DNA from: Candidatus Calditenuaceae archaeon HR02
Lineage (GTDB): Archaea > Thermoproteota > Nitrososphaeria_A > Caldarchaeales > Calditenuaceae
DNA: 64,000 bases
Direction of reading: 5' to 3'
NCBI GenBank assembly: GCA_002898395.1
Contig: BEHE01000004.1
Span: forward strand, 32,001-96,000
The number at the start of each line of letters is the position of its first letter. Position 1 is the first letter of the stretch. Below are positions 58,600 through 64,000 of this stretch, in pieces. The position numbers were made by a program, and so were the translations under genes. The notes beneath the pieces are model-generated. The model was given only the letters and a program-made list of their open reading frames with translations, ran no database searches and was not told where the DNA came from.

Positions 58600-59301
58600 A
58601 TGCTTCACAAACTACAATTTCACTTAAGCAATTCAGACCTTATGTTGCGTGTCAGGGATCGAGAGTTTGCGGAGGCATTTGCTGAGGCTCTAAGGAGGAT
58701 AGGGTTAAGACCATCGATAATATTCAGGGACGGCCGTTACATAGTGAACGCAACATCAACCGAGCTATATTATCTACTAGATAGTGGCGAGTGGCGGAAA
58801 TACATGGACTCCGACCCCGAGGCTAGACTGGGATTCCTCGGGGGCTTCTTGGACGGTGACGGAATAGGGTTGATGCCAGCCTACGCGAACACCAATGTCG
58901 AATTACTTGAATATATCAGACAGCTATTTGCAGAGCTTGGAATAAGGGCGAGTCCGCTGATGCTAATGTCTAAGAAGGGTAGCAAACGATGAGATTCGAG
59001 GAGGCAAATATGGATAGAAAGGACGTTTATGTAATGTAGATCCGCCCCGAGGATTACCAGAGGTTCCTCGACTACGTGGGAATATCTATAACTAGGAATA
59101 ATGAGGTATCTCATCGATTTCTCCATAAAGGTGATGTGGCGTTATATGGGGTGAGGTAGGAGAAATGAAGGTGTGGTGGGAGATTTGTGAGATTTTGAAG
59201 AAAAGTATCGGCAGTAATATGATGAAGCGCAGACGAAAACCCGCCCCCTCCCCCCTTATCCCCTCATACCTACCACATTGAAAAATCCATAGTTTTTAAA
59301 T
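58600..59301 (+). pseudogene. Decayed LAGLIDADG endonuclease element, copy 4 (longest; 3' of tRNA-Lys)
   Basis: ORF 58600-58992 LRVRDREFAEAF..FLGGFLDGDG..ANTNVELLEYIRQLFAELGI; continues past stop/frameshift as KDVYVM*IRPEDYQRFLDYVGISITR; no first LAGLIDADG helix seen. Confidence 0.85.
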
Positions 59302-59376
<75 letters not shown>

Positions 59377-59520
59377 ACATATTCTGGCTTGGAGTTCCGT
59401 GGATTTAACGTTATGTATCTGCGGGGAGAGCATGTTAGTTTTGCGTCTTTTACACGCTCTGTGGTAGGGGTTTCGTGGGTGGTCTTTTATATGGTGGTTC
59501 TTGTTTCTCTGCATGGATGG

Positions 59521-60840
59521 TTGGTGAAGGTCCCACTGACTCCACCTCGTGGAATGGATGACATCCTCCCGGAAGAGATTCCCCTGCATAGGAGTCTCGT
59601 AGAGACGGTGAGGCTTCTTTTCAGGCTCTATGGATATAAGGAGGTGGAGACTCCGCCTGTCGAGTATTACGAGCTCTTCGCCGTTAAGTCTGGACAAGAG
59701 ATTCTCAGCCATATGTATGTCTTCGAGGATGCGCACGGCCGCAGGCTCGCCCTCAGACCAGAGATGACGGCACCAATAGCTCGACTGGTAGCCGGTAGAC
59801 TGAGTAGGAGCCCGCAGCCCATCAGGCTGGGCTACGTCGCGGATTGTTATAGGTTGGATGAGCCCCAGTGGGGGAGGAGGCGAAGGTTCTATCACGGTGG
59901 CTTCGAGATCTTCGGCTCAAAGGAGCCCGCCGCTGACGCAGAGTGCATGGTCATTTTTGACGACTTTCTGAGGAGAGTCGGCATCAAAGACTATTACTTC
60001 AAGGTGGGCCATGTGGGTGTCCAAAGGGCCATCATGTCTGCAGCAGGTATCTCGGATGTGGATCAGGACACTATCCTTGCCCTCCTTGATAAGGGGAGGG
60101 TGGAGGAGGCTGAGGAAAGCGTCCGCAAACTGGCTAAGAAGGGGGAGGGGGGTACGCTTTTCAGTGAAGTGGCAACGCATCCAGCAGGCCCGGCGATAGC
60201 AACCGTAGATGAGTTGTCGGTCAGGCTTGTCGGTGTTGAGAAGGCGGCTAAGGAGCTTGGAAACCTGAGAAAGATCATAAAATTGGCGTCACAGGTTATC
60301 GAGCCCTCTAAGATCATTTATTATCCAGGCTTTGCGAGGGGGCTTTCATACTACACCGGCTTTATTTTTGAGGCTTATGGGGAGGGCGCCGGGATAGCCC
60401 TGGGTGGTGGGGGGCGCTATGACGGCCTGGTCTCGCTGATCGGCGGCCCTGAGGTTCCTGGAGTGGGCTTCGCAATAGGTTTAACAAGGATTATGCAGTA
60501 TTTGACGGACAGGTTGATGGTTAAGCCACAGCCCGACTCTCCACTAGCCTTCGTAGTGCCACTAGCCGAGGAGTCTGTAGAGTTTGCATTCAAAGCAGCC
60601 CACGAGTTCAGGAGAGCGGGTGTGCCGACAGAGTTTGAGCCGGCAGCCTACAGTCCTTCTGAGGCGATACGACGGGCTGAGAGGCGTGGTGCAAGGTTCC
60701 TCGTATTGGTTGGGAGGCGCGAGGCCGAGAGGGATGTTGTGAGTGTGAGGGACTTGGCTGGGAGGTTTCAGGAGGAATGGCGAGTCGAAGAGATATATGG
60801 CCGGGCGGAAGCGCTTCTAAGTAGAACTAGGGTGGGGTAA
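59521..60840 (+). CDS. hisS: Histidine--tRNA ligase
   Basis: PRGMDD, LRPEMTAPIAR, RLDEPQWGRRRRFY, ARGLSYYTG, GGGRYDGL, anticodon-binding domain; start approximate. Confidence 0.94.
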   Translation: MVKVPLTPPRGMDDILPEEIPLHRSLVETVRLLFRLYGYKEVETPPVEYYELFAVKSGQEILSHMYVFEDAHGRRLALRPEMTAPIARLVAGRLSRSPQPIRLGYVADCYRLDEPQWGRRRRFYHGGFEIFGSKEPAADAECMVIFDDFLRRVGIKDYYFKVGHVGVQRAIMSAAGISDVDQDTILALLDKGRVEEAEESVRKLAKKGEGGTLFSEVATHPAGPAIATVDELSVRLVGVEKAAKELGNLRKIIKLASQVIEPSKIIYYPGFARGLSYYTGFIFEAYGEGAGIALGGGGRYDGLVSLIGGPEVPGVGFAIGLTRIMQYLTDRLMVKPQPDSPLAFVVPLAEESVEFAFKAAHEFRRAGVPTEFEPAAYSPSEAIRRAERRGARFLVLVGRREAERDVVSVRDLAGRFQEEWRVEEIYGRAEALLSRTRVG

Positions 60841-61661
60841 TGAGCTCCATCCTTGCACTTGAGATAGTTATTGTCATCTCTACACTCTCTATACTCTCCT
60901 ATAAGTTGAGGATACTCGACCTTTATGGCACATTGCTTGCAGCATCAATTGGAGGAATAGTATATCTAACCGTAGGTAGAATTGGTATAATCCTGCTGAC
61001 AGTCTTCGTCGTCGTCGCAGGCATCTTCACAAAGCTTGGTTATGATAGGAAGAGCCTAGTAGGTGCAGCTGAGCCCAGGAAAGGGCTGAGGGGTTGGAGG
61101 AATGTGTTAGGTAATGGTCTTGTTGCGGCTGCGGCTGCGGTAGTGTACACTTTAGCTCCCCAACACTCCGAGATAATTCTAAGTGGCTACATCGGAGCAA
61201 TAGCAGCAGTCTTCGCCGACACTATGGCAACCGAGATAGGCCTACTCCAGAAGAGAGACCCGATACTAATTATAGGGTTAAGGAGGGTTAAGCCTGGGAC
61301 ACCTGGAGGAGTTTCCCTCCTAGGATACATGGGTGCTCTATTCTCAGCTGTTATATTGGTTGCAGCCTACCTATTTTTGGTGGGTTCCAACCCCCTCGCC
61401 CCACACATAGTGGGGCCGGCGGTTATATCAGCAAGCCTGGTCGGGACGACCGTAGACAGCGTAATAGGTCAGCTTTTACAGGGTTTGTACAGATGCGAAG
61501 CATGTGGAAAAATTACAGAACTTAGCACGCATTGCGGTAGGATGGGTAAATTGATCAAGGGCTACCGGCTGATAGACAACCACACCGTAAACATCATATG
61601 TAGCTTAAGCGGCGCAGTAGTGGGAGCAACTATCACCCTGCTTTTTTATAGTACTGTTTAA
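60840..61661 (+). CDS. DUF92 (TMEM19-like) membrane protein
   Basis: [41 protein letters not shown]. Confidence 0.9.
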   Translation: MSSILALEIVIVISTLSILSYKLRILDLYGTLLAASIGGIVYLTVGRIGIILLTVFVVVAGIFTKLGYDRKSLVGAAEPRKGLRGWRNVLGNGLVAAAAAVVYTLAPQHSEIILSGYIGAIAAVFADTMATEIGLLQKRDPILIIGLRRVKPGTPGGVSLLGYMGALFSAVILVAAYLFLVGSNPLAPHIVGPAVISASLVGTTVDSVIGQLLQGLYRCEACGKITELSTHCGRMGKLIKGYRLIDNHTVNIICSLSGAVVGATITLLFYSTV

Positions 61662-64000
61662 TGAACTCCGGCTTAATCTTCGTTAGGCTGTCTTCGGGTA
61701 GGGTGCTCAATATCTCCCAAGCAATAGATAGCGACTCATCGAGAGATCTGTTTTCATCGACTCCTTGTCTAAGGAAGCGGTTCTCGAATAAGTCGCCAAA
61801 CTCGATCAGTTTTATGTCCTGGGCTGAGAGACTCGACTTGCCGACTATCTCTGCCAGTGATCTGAGCTGTACAGCTCTGGAGTATGAAGCGTAGAGCTGG
61901 TTTGAGACGTCGCCGTGGTCTGGTCTCGTCTTCTTAGGAGCTATGACGCCTGGGCCCATTAGCCTTGAAAGACTCATTAAAACGTTGATTGGTGGATAGA
62001 TACCTTTCCTGTGCAGGTCCCTGCTCAGGACTATTTGTCCTTCAGTGATGTAACCCGTCAGGTCCGGTACAGGGTGTGTGATATCGTCGCTGGGCATGGT
62101 TAGTATTGGCATTTGCGTTATTGTGCCCTTCTTTCCCTTTATCCTACCAGCCCTCTCATAGATGGAGGCTAAGTCACTGTACATGTAGCCAGGGTATCCC
62201 TTCCTCCCAGGAACCTCCTCGCGCGCAGCGCTAATCTCTCTGAGCGCCTCGCAGTTCGAGGCGATTATCCCGTTAGCTACGAGGAGCTTGTGGGTCCCCT
62301 CGACGGTGAGGTCATAGACGTATTCCTCGAAGGGCTCGATTTCCTCTACGCTCACGACCTCGTCCAGAACGTAGTTTCCGTAGATCAGCTGACGCAAGGC
62401 AAAGAGGTCTGGGTCGTCGGGTCTTGCCTTTTCCTCGAGGGAGCGTAGCCATCCCGAGAGCGTCGACCTACAGACCCTTCTCCTTAGGTTCTCAACCTGT
62501 GAGACCATGCTGCTCGGTCCGATGTCCTCCTGCATCAGTCCGTACCTCTCCCTCAGCCTTCTCAGGAGCTGACCGACCACCCGCGGACCCAGATAGAACC
62601 GCTCGGCCGTCGTACGTGACCCTCCTACTGAGATGGCCCAGCGTTTTCCGGGATGGGACGGCCTCACCAGCCCCCCCAGCCTCTCGAGGCTGATCGGCCC
62701 CGTCACCACCACGTCGTAAACCTCCCGCCCGCTGAACGAGCTCCTCGATCTCCTCTCCTGTATAACGCTCGGTACCCCGAGCCTCTTCAGCAGCAGCTGG
62801 ATCCTGCTTGCCCTCATTCTGCTGCGCGTAGCTATGCGGACAGCCCTGCCGCCCCTCGCGACAGAGCCGTCGCCGTTTATGTAGCCCGCTATGAAGGCTG
62901 CGATGTGGTCCTCCTCCAGCGTGAGTAGCCTCAAGAGCTCCTCGGGTGTTCCGAGCTTAGCGAGGTTCAGCAAAATTCTAGCCGCGATGAGGCTATTGAA
63001 CCTCACAATCGTGACGCCGTTACTGTTCTCGTGGACCTGCGGCTCGGGCCCATCGAAGACGCGCCGGAAGAGGTCGATGAAGGTCTCGACGAGCTCCCGC
63101 GACCTGTTGCTGAAGCTCACATAGTAGGCTCCCTGCCCATCGGACACGTTCACGGTTCCGTCCGAGAGGACCATCCCGAGGAGGCGCGTCAGGTCGGGCG
63201 TGACGTAGGCCTCCCTCAGCCTCACCCGCTGCTTCCCGTCCGCGGTCATGTGATCGACCAGCGCCGTCGCCTCTGCGACGTCCCAGCCGAGGTCCTCTAC
63301 TACCCGTAGGAACTCGTCTAGCCTGTACCTCCGCTTTGCGTGGGAATCGGTGACCCGCTCGTAGCTCAGATTGAGCCTGCGGCACGCCTCGGAGAGGCTG
63401 CCGTACTTCCCTTCCAGAGCCCGCTCGACGCGGTCGTCCCGCAGGTGGACGAAGAAGCGCTCTGGCTCCCTCTCGGCGAGCAGCCTGAGCAGCGGGATCC
63501 TTTCGGTCCGGAACTCAAGTCTCTCCACCGAGTACAGCTCATCACCCGGTCTGATCCTCTCTGCCCGGACCAACTCCGGACCTGACAAGGTGTCGACCAG
63601 CAATCTTTGATCTGGTGTGACCTTGAGACTCGCGCCAGATCTGGTCCTAAGCAGCAGGAGACGCCTGGGCGCGACGATCTTCTCGACGGCCTGGATCCTA
63701 CACTCCCTCAGGCTGAAACCGTCCCACGAGAGGACCGAGCCGTGCGCTAGCTCACGGGGCGTGACGTAGCTCAGCAGGGCCATCCCTTTGCCAGCGCTGA
63801 CAACGCTGCTGACCGGTCGCAGCGCTTGGGCAGCCTTGAGGTGCGCCTCCTCGACGAATGCGCCTATCTCCCTGACCGTCCCGTCCGCGAATATGAGCTC
63901 TGTGTCCCCTGCGAAGCAGTAATTGGTCATATCAGTAATGATTACTAGAATGTTGTAGTCTCTCTCGAAGGCTAGGAACTCGGCTAGTGTGAGGGCTACG
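61633..64000 (-). CDS. atpB: A/V-type ATP synthase subunit B with intein; 5' end lies outside the window
   Basis: Exteins ..[19 protein letters not shown] / [47 protein letters not shown]. Confidence 0.95.
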   Translation of the reverse strand, partial: VALTLAEFLAFERDYNILVIITDMTNYCFAGDTELIFADGTVREIGAFVEEAHLKAAQALRPVSSVVSAGKGMALLSYVTPRELAHGSVLSWDGFSLRECRIQAVEKIVAPRRLLLLRTRSGASLKVTPDQRLLVDTLSGPELVRAERIRPGDELYSVERLEFRTERIPLLRLLAEREPERFFVHLRDDRVERALEGKYGSLSEACRRLNLSYERVTDSHAKRRYRLDEFLRVVEDLGWDVAEATALVDHMTADGKQRVRLREAYVTPDLTRLLGMVLSDGTVNVSDGQGAYYVSFSNRSRELVETFIDLFRRVFDGPEPQVHENSNGVTIVRFNSLIAARILLNLAKLGTPEELLRLLTLEEDHIAAFIAGYINGDGSVARGGRAVRIATRSRMRASRIQLLLKRLGVPSVIQERRSRSSFSGREVYDVVVTGPISLERLGGLVRPSHPGKRWAISVGGSRTTAERFYLGPRVVGQLLRRLRERYGLMQEDIGPSSMVSQVENLRRRVCRSTLSGWLRSLEEKARPDDPDLFALRQLIYGNYVLDEVVSVEEIEPFEEYVYDLTVEGTHKLLVANGIIASNCEALREISAAREEVPGRKGYPGYMYSDLASIYERAGRIKGKKGTITQMPILTMPSDDITHPVPDLTGYITEGQIVLSRDLHRKGIYPPINVLMSLSRLMGPGVIAPKKTRPDHGDVSNQLYASYSRAVQLRSLAEIVGKSSLSAQDIKLIEFGDLFENRFLRQGVDENRSLDESLSIAWEILSTLPEDSLTKIKPEFIKQYYKKAG
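62254..63918 (-). mobile_element. 555-aa intein with LAGLIDADG homing endonuclease in atpB
   Basis: Block A CFAGDT, block [19 protein letters not shown] and [10 protein letters not shown], block F YVYDLTV, block G IIASN followed by Cys+1. Confidence 0.95.

Overview
Archaeal chromosome segment. PolB1, eL14/eL34, ppcA, an intron-containing cbf5 and a non-canonical tRNA intron suggest a thermophilic TACK lineage such as Caldarchaeales/Aigarchaeota (inference). It carries core informational genes: ychF, polB1, uS5-uL30-uL15-secY-DUF106-eL34-cmk-eL14-cbf5, eS24-PDCD5-eL39-eL31-aIF6-pfdA-ftsY, hisS, and dispersed A/V-ATPase subunits I and B. Accessory blocks are a peptide/oxoprolinase cluster, a NitT/TauT-like ABC transporter, an aminosugar operon, hypFDCE, and a complete fatty-acid beta-oxidation/ETF cluster. 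Main signals: (1) All four tRNA genes found (Ser-GGA, Gly-GCC, Ser-TGA, Lys-TTT) are followed at their 3' end by a copy of the same decayed free-standing LAGLIDADG endonuclease element, which always points toward the tRNA. The copies form two congruent convergent-tRNA loci, one nearly empty (~1 kb) and one enclosing ~19 kb of cargo. (2) A 19-nt bulge-helix-bulge (BHB) intron splits the catalytic Asp codon of cbf5. (3) tRNA-Gly has a 19-nt intron at 29/30. (4) A 555-aa GC-rich LAGLIDADG intein with a Ser-Asn C-terminus lies in ATPase subunit B. (5) cmk is inverted and eL34 is N-terminally truncated. All calls come from reading the sequence and the ORF track; no searches were run.
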